A stretch of DNA of 64,000 bases from an uncultured virus (IMG/VR IMGVR_UViG_3300028887_000111). Its lineage: Duplodnaviria; Heunggongvirae; Uroviricota; Caudoviricetes. The first letter of the stretch is position 1, and each line of letters begins with the position of its first letter. Of this stretch, positions 22,053 to 32,439 are shown in pieces. The stretch covers positions 1 to 64,000 of the IMG/VR virus record IMGVR_UViG_3300028887_000111; one strand, written 5' to 3'. Position numbers and translations under genes: made by a program. Under the pieces are notes generated by a model. The model was not told where the DNA came from. It did no database searches and worked only from the letters and a program-made list of their open reading frames with translations.

Positions 22053-23903
22053 ATGCTTCAATTCCCAACAAATGTATATCCGCAGAATGTGGCATTTGAT
22101 CCTACGGTTGCGGATGATAATAATGACTTAAAATTCGTATTTAATGGCGACATACTAACGTCCATTAGTTGGAAGATATGCGACTATGCCACAGGTGAGG
22201 AAGTGGAAAACGCCCATAAGGTAAATGGCGCAAGACTTCCTTTGGGTTATAACGGCGATTATATGGGCTATATTCAGCATGGCACTTTCGGAGAAAATTT
22301 AGAGGTGGGGCATGACTATGTGATGCAGATGATGTTCACGCAAAGCACAACAAACGGCTCAGAGAACGTGTGTGATATGCCTGTTGTGCGTGGCACAGTC
22401 AAAGCACATAACACATCTACCTCTTTTTATATAGCGGACAAAATCCCCAACATATACGAGTGGGATAGTGATAACGTGAAAACGCCTACAAGATATAACG
22501 ACCTTGATTTTTCACAGATGAATATAGAGGTTGCGATAGAAAACAATGGTGAGATTATCACAGAGTCACGAAAGATTGCAAGTTATAACTACAACACAGG
22601 AGAGGTAACGGTTGCAACGGCGTTTAGTTATCCCCCACTTGCTGGTTATAGATATGTCATATACAGCAACTATCTGGTAACGCCACAGTATTATTTCATG
22701 TGCAGGACAACCCCTGAAAACGAGTTGACTATGGCTAATGCTCATTACAACGTACTTGCATCCATAGACGTAGACGGCAGTTATTTTCAGATTGAGGGCG
22801 TAATGATAAAGAGTTGGCGCATGGAACTTTCGTGGTTTAGGAATGATATTGCCGTTGATAGCGACGGTTGGAGGTTGCTTGAAACTACGCCTGAGATATA
22901 CTCACAGCGAATATCTTGGAAGTTCTACAATCCCTTTATGGGTTATAACACGGTAGACAAGACATACAGCTTATCTCACCAATATTACAGAGTTAAGTGC
23001 GTGGTTGTCACACAAGACGGCGTAGAGCTTGAAAGTTACGCAAAGATAAATCTCAGCCAAAACACTACCGAAATCGTATCGCCAAGTGGCATAACGTTTG
23101 AGGAGTTAAACGCAGACACTCCCGATTGCAAACCTGAAACGGGTTTAGCGACTCACCATGCTTTACAAATCAATGTCGCTTTTAGTGCTGACGTTCCAGA
23201 CAACTCATCAGACATTATTCACACTCTTTATCGGCGCAACAAAGAGACAGGCGAGGTCGCATTTGTACAGAGTGCGTGGCACAGACAGGGCGCAAGACTT
23301 GAAAAGTTCACTGATTATTTTGTTCCTTGCAAGGGTGACTTTGAATATATCTATGTGGCAAGGCAGAAAAACGGAACGCCGTATGTCAACTGCATGGCTC
23401 ACGCTGATTATGCAACTGCTATGGAGGGATATTCCATAACGGCTCTTGTTCCACATTACGACCAGAACTACGGTTCTCACCCATACGACATTCAGTTTTA
23501 CGATATAGGTGATTGTTGGAAGTTTGTGGGCGAAATACAGGACACAACCGTGACACAGAATATAGACAGAGTTTCGCACGTAGGTCACGGCAAATACTCG
23601 ACAGTATCTTCTGGCAATCCTAATTATTCGTCTGGAACGATTTCAGCGATGATGGGCTATGTGGACTGCGTGAGCAAGAAGTTTGTGGACACGGTAGATA
23701 TGGTAAGGGCATGGCGCAATTTTATCACGCAGAACGCTATATTCATGCTTAAATCCCCTAAAGGCGATGTGTGGGTAGTTAATATCACTGAGGCTCCCAC
23801 AACTACATACGATGAAAGCAACACAGCAAGACCGACAACCTTTACGTTTACGTGGGCTGAGTGCTGCGACATAAGTGATATAAACATTTACATGAGTTTC
23901 TGA
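22053..23903 (+). CDS. Putative distal tail/baseplate protein
   Basis: 616 aa beta-rich protein directly after the tape measure gene. Confidence 0.55.
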   Translation: MLQFPTNVYPQNVAFDPTVADDNNDLKFVFNGDILTSISWKICDYATGEEVENAHKVNGARLPLGYNGDYMGYIQHGTFGENLEVGHDYVMQMMFTQSTTNGSENVCDMPVVRGTVKAHNTSTSFYIADKIPNIYEWDSDNVKTPTRYNDLDFSQMNIEVAIENNGEIITESRKIASYNYNTGEVTVATAFSYPPLAGYRYVIYSNYLVTPQYYFMCRTTPENELTMANAHYNVLASIDVDGSYFQIEGVMIKSWRMELSWFRNDIAVDSDGWRLLETTPEIYSQRISWKFYNPFMGYNTVDKTYSLSHQYYRVKCVVVTQDGVELESYAKINLSQNTTEIVSPSGITFEELNADTPDCKPETGLATHHALQINVAFSADVPDNSSDIIHTLYRRNKETGEVAFVQSAWHRQGARLEKFTDYFVPCKGDFEYIYVARQKNGTPYVNCMAHADYATAMEGYSITALVPHYDQNYGSHPYDIQFYDIGDCWKFVGEIQDTTVTQNIDRVSHVGHGKYSTVSSGNPNYSSGTISAMMGYVDCVSKKFVDTVDMVRAWRNFITQNAIFMLKSPKGDVWVVNITEAPTTTYDESNTARPTTFTFTWAECCDISDINIYMSF

Positions 23904-23907
23904 GGAG

Positions 23908-25176
23908 GTGAGAGGATTGGAATACTACAATACGTATGATAGTGGCTATATAAGAGCAATCAATAATCAGCACAACACCTATAAAATAAAGCTGGAACTG
24001 TTGTCTTACTTTGAGAGTGTTATAGGCAATATCACAAAAGATGTGTCTACAACAGCGCAAGGTCAGCTCAATATCAACTATCAGCCGCTTACTCGTAGGT
24101 CGGTTAGTCTCAGCATGATTAACGTGGACGAGCAGTATATCCCCTCCGCCAACAATACATTTTGGTTTGAGCGTAAATTCAAGTTGTGGATTGGCGTGGT
24201 AGACCGTCTTACGGGTAACACCTATTGGTGGGCGCAAGGCGTATTCTACACCCAATCCGCAAATTATGACGGCAAGACCGTTAACATAGAGGCTGTTGAT
24301 AAAGGTGGAGCGTTGGACGGCACACTCGGCATGAACCAAGCAGGAGTTCAGCACAAGATAGAGGTAGGCTCTACGATTGACGAGCTGATACGCAGCGCAC
24401 TTATGCTTAATTTGCATGACGATGAAAACGCATACGAGTATACAATTTATCGTGGTGGCGATAAGCCTGTTGACCCCGTTGTGCCTATAATCGACCTTAA
24501 ATATCGCAATATAAAAACACAATCCGAAATTAGCATAGACTCCAACAACAGTATAGGTGAAATATTCACTCAGCTTTCAAATGGCTATGGTGCAGATGTT
24601 TACTATGACATAAACGGACATTTGCAGTTTGCGGAACTGACAGACGGAACGCGAGTGGACGGTTATAAGTACATGGCTCATCAGTGGGAATACAACTGTG
24701 ATAACGCTTTCTATGGGCTTGCTAACTTTCAATATAATTTCGAGGGCAAGAACTGTGTGACCGTGTTCACTAACAGCTCTCAGTTTGAGAACGTGTCGTA
24801 TACTGCCTTTAACTACAATCCTACTTCTCCCCTACGTGTGGGCTTGGTTGGCACACGCCGCATGGAGGATGTGGAAATGCCGTATCTGGACGTAAACGCT
24901 AATGAGGTTCTGGAGCGTTGCAAACGGTACGCCAACTACTTGCTTATAGTAGAAGCGATGAAGGGTATGAATGTTACCTTTGACTCCCCTCTCATACCGC
25001 ATTTGGATGTAAACCGTACTATCGGCATTACGGATAAGACACAGAAATTTATTAATGAGACATTTATAATACAGTCAATCTCTATGCCGTTGTCCGCTGG
25101 CTCTATGAGCATAACGGCAACAAATCTGGGCTGGCTGCCTAATGTATACGGAGTGGAGGGAATAGGTAATGGATAA
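23908..25176 (+). CDS. Putative baseplate hub/Tal-like protein
   Basis: YYDINGHLQF and IPHLDVN motifs; gene order. Confidence 0.6.
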   Translation: MRGLEYYNTYDSGYIRAINNQHNTYKIKLELLSYFESVIGNITKDVSTTAQGQLNINYQPLTRRSVSLSMINVDEQYIPSANNTFWFERKFKLWIGVVDRLTGNTYWWAQGVFYTQSANYDGKTVNIEAVDKGGALDGTLGMNQAGVQHKIEVGSTIDELIRSALMLNLHDDENAYEYTIYRGGDKPVDPVVPIIDLKYRNIKTQSEISIDSNNSIGEIFTQLSNGYGADVYYDINGHLQFAELTDGTRVDGYKYMAHQWEYNCDNAFYGLANFQYNFEGKNCVTVFTNSSQFENVSYTAFNYNPTSPLRVGLVGTRRMEDVEMPYLDVNANEVLERCKRYANYLLIVEAMKGMNVTFDSPLIPHLDVNRTIGITDKTQKFINETFIIQSISMPLSAGSMSITATNLGWLPNVYGVEGIGNG

Positions 25177-25999
25177 GTTATTTCAGCTCATAGACGAGCG
25201 TATCGCTTATATGGCGAAGAAAATGCCATTTATATCCTCTCTGCCTTGCGAGGTTACAGAAGTGCTTGATAACAACATGGTAAAAGTGCAACTGTTTTCG
25301 GACGGGGCGATTTATACAGTACCTAACTGGTCTGGCTCTGCATTGAGAGTGGGCGAAAATGCTCATCTTTTCTTTAGAGGCAGCACGTTCTCGGAGTCGA
25401 CCGCATACGTGGGAGCAGCCCCCACAAGATTGACAACTAATTATGTGGTATCTACTAACAAACTTGGGGAGTTATTATCTACCGAGCGAGAAGTGGCGAC
25501 TATTTACTTTAGCAACTATTCGTCTAAGCTTTTGCTGATATGCAATGCTTGTGTGCAAGGTAACAACTCAAGTAACGGAAGTGGCAACTTTAAGATATAT
25601 ATAGATAATGTCTTGCAGGATTATATTGTGCGATTTAGTGTAATCGGAAACGGCTATGAGACAGTAGCTTTTACTCTCCCCTATGAACTTGATTTAGGAA
25701 GTCACAAAATCACAATTGGCGTTATTGGGGAGTATGCAAATCTAACTGCTATGATGTGCTATGTATATGGCGCGGTAGAAACCTACGAGCCTCCATATAC
25801 TCCAACAGAGGACAGTGATTACATTTGGAATACTTCAAATGGCGAGGCGAGCGTTTTATATTATATTGGAGATGTTACAAATCCTATTGTACCTGACACA
25901 CATAACGGTAATCCAGTTACAACCTTAGAAGCAACAGCTTTTAACTATACAAACGTTACTTCTGTTTATATTCCGGACGGCATTGAAAAAATAGAATAA
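25169..25999 (+). CDS. Tail tip protein ending in the start of a BspA-type leucine-rich repeat
   Basis: C-terminal IVPDTHNGNPVTTLEATAF...TSVYIPDGIEKIE. Confidence 0.5.
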   Translation: MDKLFQLIDERIAYMAKKMPFISSLPCEVTEVLDNNMVKVQLFSDGAIYTVPNWSGSALRVGENAHLFFRGSTFSESTAYVGAAPTRLTTNYVVSTNKLGELLSTEREVATIYFSNYSSKLLLICNACVQGNNSSNGSGNFKIYIDNVLQDYIVRFSVIGNGYETVAFTLPYELDLGSHKITIGVIGEYANLTAMMCYVYGAVETYEPPYTPTEDSDYIWNTSNGEASVLYYIGDVTNPIVPDTHNGNPVTTLEATAFNYTNVTSVYIPDGIEKIE

Positions 26000-26011
26000 G
26001 GAGGCGATGAC

Positions 26012-26839
26012 ATGGCAATTACAGGAACAGGAACGCAGCAAGACCCATATGTAGTAACCACGTGGGCGGAGCTTGCCTCTAAAACAAGTGAAACCGGCGT
26101 ATATATCAAGCTCGGCAGCAACATTGATATGAATACCGAGTACCCAGAGGGACTAACATCCGGCTTGACGGTGAACTGCGCTCAGATAGACGGTGACGGT
26201 AAAACTGTAAAGAACCTTTTTCTGAAATCAGGTGCGTTGATTACGTGCGCTGGGAGAAATAGCACATGGAAGAACGCCCAGCTTCTCAATTGGGTGATTG
26301 GCGACGGAAGTAGTGCGGCAAGTATTACTGCTAATGGCAGTACCTCTGGCACATACACCTTTAGTCAGTGCAAGATCTCCGGCAGGCTTAATGGCGGCTC
26401 TGGTGATAATACATCATTCTTGGCGGCTTCTGGACGAATAAAGTTTTATCGCAGCTCAATTAACTTTCAGATGACGGCTAATACCTCGACAGTTGATATG
26501 TCTGGAGACTGGCGAAATTGCTGTACTATGGAATACTGCAACGTTAATTTCTCCGGAGAAACAGACATAACCCTTAATATTGTACTTGTAAACTCGTATA
26601 TCAAGGGCAATCTGGCAAATGCCACAATATCAGCTACCCGATACCCAGACGGTCAGGTGAGCGTATATTCAGTGCTGGATATTAGTGCAGCGGCTGTTTC
26701 GGCAAATTCAGCCACAAATCTTGTGCTTGCCAACAGCGAAAAATGCAGTAGTATAGGGCAGTATTTGACTTCTGTAACATCAGCACAACTAACATCTGCC
26801 GAGTATCTTAACAGTATCGGATTCCCGATTCAAACGTAA
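26012..26839 (+). CDS. Putative tail fibre/adhesin (beta-helix-like)
   Basis: N-terminal GTGTxxDPYxV and DGDGKTVKNL motifs. Confidence 0.5.
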   Translation: MAITGTGTQQDPYVVTTWAELASKTSETGVYIKLGSNIDMNTEYPEGLTSGLTVNCAQIDGDGKTVKNLFLKSGALITCAGRNSTWKNAQLLNWVIGDGSSAASITANGSTSGTYTFSQCKISGRLNGGSGDNTSFLAASGRIKFYRSSINFQMTANTSTVDMSGDWRNCCTMEYCNVNFSGETDITLNIVLVNSYIKGNLANATISATRYPDGQVSVYSVLDISAAAVSANSATNLVLANSEKCSSIGQYLTSVTSAQLTSAEYLNSIGFPIQT

Positions 26840-26851
26840 GGCGGTGGAGCT

Positions 26852-27601
26852 ATGGCAAATCTGCTTTATAAGAACTATAACACAGGCTGTTATGTTGGTT
26901 GGAGTAGTAGTGCTGGCGATTATGAACCCGGCGCTTACTGTTACGGTTTCGGTTCAAATTTAGCTTCCTACTATGCCGATTTAAAGCCAAACACAACATA
27001 TACCATTCAAAGAGTAGATGCATCATCACGGTTCAGGCTTGGACTCACATCACAGGACATTAAGTATTTATCGGCAACGTCAGAAACGACTGTAGACCAA
27101 TCTTTATGGGCTTGGGGCTATCGTGCTGATAGTTCTAACGCTATAACCTTTACAACGACAGATACAGCAATACACTTGTGCGTTTATTACACCAATAACA
27201 GCGAATACACCACAAGGGTAATGCTCAATGAGGGCAGTACCATACAGCCTTACGAAGCACCTACTATCCCATTCGGCTGGTATATAGACCAAGACGGGCA
27301 GCTCGCAAATTCGGAATTTATAGATATGCCAGACAAGCCATTCGTGGGCGACTCGCCGCTGACAATGTGGCGGACGAGCAATAGTGCTCTTAAAACAGGT
27401 TTGACCCCAGACAATGTAGTTTTCGGTGCATTTGCAAATTGTCCTAATTTAGATTCAGTCTCTATACCCAGAAGCGTTAAGTTTATTGGGAATGAGGCTT
27501 TTCGCAATACACAACTGCGTTCAGTCACTATTGCAAGCGACTGCGTTTATTCAGACACTTCGTTCCCAGACGGGTGCGTAGTAAGTTTTTATCCAGATTA
27601 A
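26852..27601 (+). CDS. Tail-associated protein with C-terminal BspA-type LRRs
   Basis: AFANCPNLDSVSIPRSVKFIGNEAFRNTQLRSVTI. Confidence 0.6.
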   Translation: MANLLYKNYNTGCYVGWSSSAGDYEPGAYCYGFGSNLASYYADLKPNTTYTIQRVDASSRFRLGLTSQDIKYLSATSETTVDQSLWAWGYRADSSNAITFTTTDTAIHLCVYYTNNSEYTTRVMLNEGSTIQPYEAPTIPFGWYIDQDGQLANSEFIDMPDKPFVGDSPLTMWRTSNSALKTGLTPDNVVFGAFANCPNLDSVSIPRSVKFIGNEAFRNTQLRSVTIASDCVYSDTSFPDGCVVSFYPD

Positions 27602-27618
27602 AGAAAGGAAGATGAGTT

Positions 27619-27924
27619 ATGGCAAACAGATATTCTGTTATTAACGGAGACTTATATGTAAATGGTGTCGTAAATGAAATGAAAGTTTCAACTGGTTCTG
27701 ACATCAGAATTAAGGCTTCGGGTACAGGCTCATGTAAGGTGGTTGGTAAGCTGACCGCTAACGGTGACTACAAGACACTTTCACTGGTAAGACTCAGTGA
27801 TTTTGCTGTTGTGGACACTATTACTGATAATGAGATTTACGCCGCTGACGCAAGCGGTCTGTACTCGATATCCGTTTCAAACGCAAGCGGATTCACTAAT
27901 GTATGGGCTACGGTTCTTGCATAA
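27619..27924 (+). CDS. Small virion-associated hypothetical protein
   Basis: AAAGGA RBS; beta-rich. Confidence 0.5.
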   Translation: MANRYSVINGDLYVNGVVNEMKVSTGSDIRIKASGTGSCKVVGKLTANGDYKTLSLVRLSDFAVVDTITDNEIYAADASGLYSISVSNASGFTNVWATVLA

Positions 27925-27939
27925 GGAGGCGATTAATAT

Positions 27940-28584
27940 ATGGATGTTGTAACATTAGGTGCTGCGCTGAAAGGCGCAAAGGATTATACAGACACTAAGA
28001 CAGAAGCGTTTGAGGAAGGCGTGGTTTATAAGGGTAGCGTAGATTACTACGCTGACCTCCCAGACGATGCCGAGATTGGCGATTCTTATACGGTCAAGTA
28101 TCAGGGTTCTTCTGGCTCAGAGGTTAGCGGACTGAGATACACTTGGGGATATGATTCTGGTGCTGGTGAAAATGCGTGGATTCCTTTTTCTAAAGACAGT
28201 TACACAAAGGGCGAAGTTGATACGCTCTTAAACGCAAAGGCTAATCAGGCAACTACTTATACTAAGACTGAGACTGATAATCTCTTGATGACACATTTTG
28301 TCAAGGGTGAGAATATTGAGATTACCGACAACTTAGACGGTACGCAAACCATCTCTGCTACTGGCGATATTAGTGCTGTTGATACGGTAGCTCGTGGCGA
28401 AATTGTAGACCATGAAGCCGACAAGAATAATCCACATGAGGTTACTGCCACACAAATTGGCATTGAAAACAAGGCTGCGGCAAGTGGCGGTACAGATGAT
28501 TCGCTCGTTACCACTGGCGACAAATATAATTGGAATGATAAAGCAAAGGTTACTATTAATAGTAAAAAGCTCGTTATAGAATGA
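27940..28584 (+). CDS. Tail-fibre-associated protein
   Basis: YKGSV..YADLP, YTKxExD repeats, NPHEVTATQIG motif. Confidence 0.6.
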   Translation: MDVVTLGAALKGAKDYTDTKTEAFEEGVVYKGSVDYYADLPDDAEIGDSYTVKYQGSSGSEVSGLRYTWGYDSGAGENAWIPFSKDSYTKGEVDTLLNAKANQATTYTKTETDNLLMTHFVKGENIEITDNLDGTQTISATGDISAVDTVARGEIVDHEADKNNPHEVTATQIGIENKAAASGGTDDSLVTTGDKYNWNDKAKVTINSKKLVIE

Positions 28585-28595
28585 GAGGTGAGAAA

Positions 28596-30746
28596 ATGGC
28601 AAATAATACTTTAAATCAAATAGATTATAAAGGCACTGTGTATGATATTGAGGATAGCACAGCAAGGGGCGTAGCTGACACGGCGGTACAATCAGTAAAG
28701 GTCAATGGCACAGCTCTTACTCCCGATGCAAACCAAGCGGTTGACATCACAGCTATTCCAGCAAGTATTGTGTCCGCTGGCGCACTGGCAAATGGCATGA
28801 CAGCAACAACGCAAACAACTTCTGACGATAGCACCAAACTTGCAACAACTGCATTTGTACACGATGTTGTTGATTTACTTCCCTCGCCTATGGTTTACAA
28901 AGGAACGCTCGGAACAGGCGGCACAATAACAACTCTGCCTGTTGACGGTACAGCGGAAGTTGGCGACACTTACAAGGTAATTACCGCTGGCACATACGCT
29001 TCACAGGCGGCAAAGGTTGGCGATATGTTTATCTGTCTCACAAAGGCAACAAGCTCAAATACATGGAGCTATGTACCGTCTGGTGATGACACTGACGTAA
29101 CACAGGTGTCCGCTGGTACAGGTCTTACAACTGCAAGCGGTAGTCCTATTACAACAACTGGCACTATTAAAGCAAAGCTCAAATCATCAACAGCTCTTGC
29201 AGAAGCGGCTACAAACTCCACAACTTCTGGTAAGTCGTATGCTGTTAATGTTGATAGCAACGGTGACTTAGCTTGTAATGTACCGTGGACTGATACCACA
29301 TACAGCGCAGCAACCACAACAACTGCTGGACTTATGAGCGCACAGGATAAGACAGATTTGGGCAACGTCAAGACACAAGCAAACTGGAACACAAACAATG
29401 GTGTGAAGAATTTAGCACCGTTAAATGCGGCAACAACACCAAACACGGGTTATTTTGCCAACACATCGGTAAACTTACCCGCTGGCACATATGTTATATC
29501 TTATAGGCTAACAACAACAGGTAGTTTTGGTTTAGGTGTTACAGTCGACGGAAGCGCTATTGCGAAAAATTCTACATCACCTCCGTATAACAATACATTA
29601 ATTACACATGAAATTACAGCAAATACGAGCTTAACGGCATACCAGTTTTATACAAACGGCGGTGCGACTGTAACTGATTTTATGATAACCCCCAAATCTC
29701 TCTACGATGCAGACTCCACCTATGAACCCTACGCTTTACCAAATTCCACACTTACTCAGCAAACCACCGTTTTAGAAGAAATGAACGGTGCGAAGAATCT
29801 TGCACCATATAATAGCGGCGAACATACTGGTAATGCTTCGTATTGGTTTCAGCACACTAATTGTATTGATATATCAGCAGGAACGTCCGTGTATTTAGTA
29901 TTTGATTATACAGTAACGGCTGGTCAGTATAGCATACAGCTTACTGATGAAAATGGTCAGATAATCTCTGGTACAGCAGCGTATACAACAGAGGGTACAA
30001 CATCAGGACATAAAACGGCAAAAGTAACAATACCTACTGGTAAAACCGCAAAAGGTTATAACTCATATCATAGCTCAAACGCAACCGTTACTGTTTCCAA
30101 CTTTATGATAGTACCAGCAGAAATCTATGAAGCTGGTTTCACCGATTATCAGCCCTACGCTCTCAGCAACGCCGAGTTGACTGCGAAAGAGCAAACGAAT
30201 GAAAACAATATTTCATGGGCTAACAATTACAGCTATAAAAATCTGATAAATGTAACCCGTGATAGTATAAAAGCGGCAAATCCTAACTTGATATGGACAG
30301 ATTATACAGTATCGAATCACGGCGGTTTATCGTTTACTGTGAATCCAGATTTATCAATTACAGTTAGTGGCACAACAACATCACAATCAGTAGAATTCAA
30401 CATCTTGCGACGTACTGACGGTAAAACGATATTTAAAGAGGTTGGCAATTATCGCATTGACGGTAAGGTACAAAGCGGTAAAGGAATGTTAGCGGCAAAC
30501 CGTACTGTGAGTGGTAGTGGTGTGAGATACGGCGCAGATGAAGGCGCAACCGCAACATTCGACGTATCACAGTCCGACTTATCTGCACCTGTCGGCATTT
30601 GGTACGGAATTAATGAAGGCGTAGGTGTAAATGTTGATATGACGATTTATCCTATGATATGTTTATCGACTATGGATAGAACATATCAGCAGTATGCGCC
30701 GTCTAACGCAGAACTGTACGCTATGATACAGGCTTTACAGTCCTAA
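28596..30746 (+). CDS. Tail fibre/receptor-binding protein with three tandem C-terminal modules
   Basis: DDSTKLATTAFV and AGLMSAQDK fibre motifs; three modules each running from KNL to Y(E/Q)(P/Q)YAxxN. Confidence 0.75.
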   Translation: MANNTLNQIDYKGTVYDIEDSTARGVADTAVQSVKVNGTALTPDANQAVDITAIPASIVSAGALANGMTATTQTTSDDSTKLATTAFVHDVVDLLPSPMVYKGTLGTGGTITTLPVDGTAEVGDTYKVITAGTYASQAAKVGDMFICLTKATSSNTWSYVPSGDDTDVTQVSAGTGLTTASGSPITTTGTIKAKLKSSTALAEAATNSTTSGKSYAVNVDSNGDLACNVPWTDTTYSAATTTTAGLMSAQDKTDLGNVKTQANWNTNNGVKNLAPLNAATTPNTGYFANTSVNLPAGTYVISYRLTTTGSFGLGVTVDGSAIAKNSTSPPYNNTLITHEITANTSLTAYQFYTNGGATVTDFMITPKSLYDADSTYEPYALPNSTLTQQTTVLEEMNGAKNLAPYNSGEHTGNASYWFQHTNCIDISAGTSVYLVFDYTVTAGQYSIQLTDENGQIISGTAAYTTEGTTSGHKTAKVTIPTGKTAKGYNSYHSSNATVTVSNFMIVPAEIYEAGFTDYQPYALSNAELTAKEQTNENNISWANNYSYKNLINVTRDSIKAANPNLIWTDYTVSNHGGLSFTVNPDLSITVSGTTTSQSVEFNILRRTDGKTIFKEVGNYRIDGKVQSGKGMLAANRTVSGSGVRYGADEGATATFDVSQSDLSAPVGIWYGINEGVGVNVDMTIYPMICLSTMDRTYQQYAPSNAELYAMIQALQS

Positions 30747-30825
30747 TAAAAAGGTAATTTTAACATACGCAACAAACCTAAATCTTGTCTGAAAAGACGT
30801 TAAAACTAAGGAAAGGATAAATTTA

Positions 30826-31356
30826 ATGACATTACATGAAATTTACACAGCACTTGGCAACAGAATGGTCGGAGCAATGATGATACACTCTCAGCTTATT
30901 CAGATATTTGCCTTCGTTGATTTACTCCCTGATATGAGAAAACAGGAAAATCAGTTACAAGAAGAAACTCATGGATATTCTGAGTTGTGCAAATACTACA
31001 TTCAACATCATCACGATATTTTAGTCGCAAATAACCCACCACAGATTGACATTCTTGATATGCCATTATTAGATAAGTCTACCGATGATCTTACATCAGA
31101 AGATAAAATGAGACTTATACAATATGGTATGAACGAATGGATTAAATGGGAGAAACAATCTAAAATATTGTATGAGGACTCCTACCGCAACCTTGTGGAT
31201 ATTTCAGAAGTAGCGTCAGCAGAATTTATAACGCGTTTTGTCAGAGATGTAGACCTTGAACTTAAAGAAGCAGAGAGGATTTACAGAGTGAGAAAAGGCA
31301 TTAATTGGAATCTTGACACGATTTATGACAAACAGGCAAGATTTGGTAAGAGGTAA
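30826..31356 (+). CDS. Ferritin-like four-helix-bundle protein
   Basis: EExH and WxxWE patterns in a helical protein. Confidence 0.45.
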   Translation: MTLHEIYTALGNRMVGAMMIHSQLIQIFAFVDLLPDMRKQENQLQEETHGYSELCKYYIQHHHDILVANNPPQIDILDMPLLDKSTDDLTSEDKMRLIQYGMNEWIKWEKQSKILYEDSYRNLVDISEVASAEFITRFVRDVDLELKEAERIYRVRKGINWNLDTIYDKQARFGKR

Positions 31357-31739
31357 TGTATATATATTACTGTAACAACCCACGAGAAAATTATCGTGCA
31401 GGGGATTGTGTTATAAGAGCAATCTCTGTTGTGACAGGTGAACCGTGGGAAAAGATATATATAGAACTGTGTGGCGAAGGATATTTTATGGGTGATTGGG
31501 GAAACAATAATGCGGTATGGGATGCTTATCTTAGACGTAGAGGCTTCAAGAGATATATTTGCTCTAACGACTGCCCTTATTGTTATTCAGTTGTAGATTT
31601 TGCAAATGAGCACCCCAATGGCTCGTATATCCTCGCTACTGGCAGTCATGCCATTGGACTTATAAATGGAGACTGGTATGATTCTTGGGACAGTGGCTTA
31701 GTAACACCAATATATTATTATACGAAGGAAGGTGATTAA
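31356..31739 (+). CDS. Conserved hypothetical protein, possibly peptidase-like (Cys/His/Asp)
   Basis: GDCVIRAI...H...YDSWDSG. Confidence 0.55.
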   Translation: MYIYYCNNPRENYRAGDCVIRAISVVTGEPWEKIYIELCGEGYFMGDWGNNNAVWDAYLRRRGFKRYICSNDCPYCYSVVDFANEHPNGSYILATGSHAIGLINGDWYDSWDSGLVTPIYYYTKEGD

Positions 31740-32324
31740 AACGGCTTGGGGGAATCAATATGGTTATGGTATGCAACAACCTCAAATGACCACATTTATA
31801 AATGTGCCTTCTGAGGAAGTCGCATATAAGTGGAGAGTTGACCCTAATACTTCTGTTAATTTCATTAATGAAAACGAGGGGTTTGTTTATAAAAAATCTG
31901 TTGGAATGTCTATTCTTGAACCCTTTTTGTTTGAAGTTTATCGCCTTGAAAAAGTAGGAGACAACAATCCTAAGAATGAGGAACAAGTGCAAAACACATC
32001 AAATATAGATTTGTCTGACTATATAACGAAGTCTGAGTTTGAAACCTATAAACAAACGATTGATGACATGAAGAAAATTGTAGAGGAGTTGAAAGGTTAA
32101 TGGCTAATCCTTTTGTGTCACAAAATCAACCAATGCAAGGGCAGATGCAACAGCCAGATTTTGGTCAGGCTTATCAGCAGTTTGCTCCTAATTGGCGACA
32201 GTATTTTAAGAATTTACCGGAAGATATACAAACGCCAGAACAGGCGGTTAGGTATTTTGCACAGAACGGACAAATACCTCCACTTATTCAGAGGCAAGTT
32301 TATTCAATGCTAAATAGGAGGTAA
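31732..32324 (+). CDS. Two small Gln/Asn-rich hypothetical proteins (31732-32100 and 32100-32324)
   Basis: Coupled ORFs with RBS. Confidence 0.5.
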
Positions 32325-32439
32325 TTTCGGTATTAGGGCAATAGCCTTGATATAAATTCATTCATTTTACACACCGATTGCACATAATGGATGCAATCGC
32401 TCACCCCATTAACAATTTTGGGGAGAAAGGAGAGTTATT

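Noticed and set aside
28596..30746. Diversity-generating retroelement acting on the tail fibre
   Set aside because: No reverse transcriptase and no template/variable repeat pair differing at adenines was seen in the window
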